Below, one piece after another: positions 62,601 to 64,000 of a stretch of 64,000 nt of DNA; positions within the stretch are counted from its first letter, which is position 1, and the number at the start of each line of letters is the position of its first letter. The translations under genes were made by a program, and so were the position numbers. The stretch is from assembly GCA_965112735.1 (NCBI GenBank), contig OZ218953.1, forward strand, positions 4,836,001 to 4,900,000, given 5' to 3'. The DNA is from Phaeosaccion multiseriatum. Lineage: Eukaryota; Protista; Ochrophyta, other classes. The notes below the pieces were generated by a model. That model ran no database searches and was not told the DNA's origin. It was given only the letters and a program-made list of their open reading frames with translations.

Positions 62601-64000
62601 TCATGTGGTCGACTTGGCTCTCAGTCACATGGGGAAAGCGATATCAGCTGCCACAGGCAAATCCCTGGTCTCTCTCCAGGGCCCTGAAGGAATGCCATCA
62701 CGCGAAGTTCGAGGTGCTATCAAGGCGAGCCTGCAGGCACTACCTCGGATGCTACATCGGATGCTTGCAGAGGTGAGAAGGGGGGTGCTCCCCATGGCTG
62801 TGTGCGTGTGTGTGCGTGAGTGCGTGAGTAAAAATGTCCGTGTCCGTGGGCGCGTGCGTTTGGAAATCAGCCTTGCCCTTTCGTCTCACGGCTTCGCTGT
62901 TCGCTCCTTGCTTGATGCTTCCTCGCTCATTTCCGTCAGCAGGGAGTGCCTCGCGGCATCGTGGAGAAGATGCAGATGAGGAGCGTTTTGACCCTCAATG
63001 TTGAGACTTTCTTCACGAAGCAAAGGGAAGGCCGCCAGGATGTTCCAGACGCTCTTGAGTATGCCCGAAGAAGGGGCCTTGTGATGCTTGAGGCTGCGAA
63101 GAAGGCCAACCCCAGCATGGGTTTTGCCTACTGCACAAGCAGCGTCAACAGCAGCGGTCGAAAGCTCAGGGCGGGATACCAGCTGGAGCAAAACGAGAGC
63201 AGATTGGTGGCTTCACCCGTGTTGAAGCGACCAAGGGTAGCGGAGAAGCTTGACGAAGGGCAACGGAAGCAGCGCAAGAAGGACACGCAGACGCTTCGCA
63301 ATGCGGCGGCTCGTCTTAGGAAGGTTCCGCAGCAGCGTGTAACCAACAAGAGGAAGTACAATGTTGGAGCGGCCCCGCGTTCGGTGGCGTTTGCTCCCAA
63401 CTCTGCGCAAAGCAACGACCCGAGTGGATACCTGTCGCGCTTGCATGAGAGCTCGGGAGCGAGGAAGCGCGGACAGAAAGGACGGAAGACCGGTGAATCC
63501 GTCCGAACTCGCATTCTCTACAGGGCAAATGACGTTGTGATAGTCAGGGCAGACAAGGGGTCGGAGGAGAGCTTTTTTCTTGCACAGCTTCGCGTCGATC
63601 TTCGGAAGGAGGTGATCGTCTCGAAGAAGGGACGAGGCTCCAAGCAGAAGGTGGTTCCGGCAAAGCCTGGTGTTTCATACTTTCACGTCGCTGAACAGGA
63701 CTCTACCGACGAGTCCCAGGACGGGGATGGGGCTGCAGCAGTCGTCTACGAAGTCGACGGCGGGAAAGAGGCTTCTGTGTCTTGTGCTGCCATTTATGGC
63801 GCATTGCCCCGCTACCACGAAGCAATGTACATCGAAGGCTCACATGCAGCTTCAGGAGGGGTGTGCGCGCAGAGAAGGCTTCGGAGGTTTGCCATCACGG
63901 AGGAGCAGCACGAGGAGTGCAAGCAGATTGTCAACAGAGAGGCGGAGGGCCAAGAGGTGGCCAAGGCGATGGGATACGCCCCCCCCGACCCAAGCGTGCA
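59618..64000 (+). CDS. P-element-like DDE transposase with a Cys cluster and NHL beta-propeller insertion (exons 59618-60340, 60502-62772, 62943->64000; 3'-partial)
   Basis: D1 VKMDGF (60212), D2 ISTDCNG (60901), DxxH PDGAHLVKCVR (60994), NKDPFSV, and E in LTLNVETFFTKQR (63003). All introns are phase 0 and the last exon is open to the window end. Confidence 0.75.

Larger units (their letters stand above)
56380..64000. mobile_element. Candidate large autonomous DNA transposon (left end only; continues past the window) encoding a P-like transposase and a Ulp1 protease
   Basis: Unpaired left TIR TCGACCCCTGACGTGCTA at 56380, identical to the MITE TIR. Subterminal GATAGCA/GCCGGC palindromes extend to about 56540, followed by two divergent genes. 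Confidence 0.72.

Overview
Intron-rich, GC-rich eukaryotic nuclear DNA, most likely a photosynthetic stramenopile (ochrophyte alga): several genes start with a signal peptide plus an ASAF/AF-type plastid transit motif. Host genes: hemA, a PPR-EngB/YihA GTPase, PP2A B55 subunit, an RNI-type LRR protein, a flavin-reductase-like protein, NDUFA8, a 2OG-Fe(II) oxygenase, a bacterial-type HrpB helicase, a UVR/coiled-coil protein and several hypothetical proteins. DNA transposon content is high: an apparently inactive, domesticated hAT/ZBED gene, a degenerate pogo/Fot1 transposase followed by two large palindromes and a TA-flanked TIR element, and several MITEs. The most unusual feature is a candidate large DNA transposon running from about 56380 past the window end. 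It has a TCGACCCCTG terminus and palindromic subterminal repeats. It encodes a P-element-like DDE transposase with an inserted Cys cluster, an inserted NHL beta-propeller and a possible BAH-like C-terminus, head-to-head with a zinc-finger/Ulp1 (SUMO) protease gene. Non-autonomous relatives with TCG...CGA ends sit in TCCC/TCAC microsatellite-type targets, and two of them show 6-bp TSDs. All calls come from reading motifs by eye; no searches were run.
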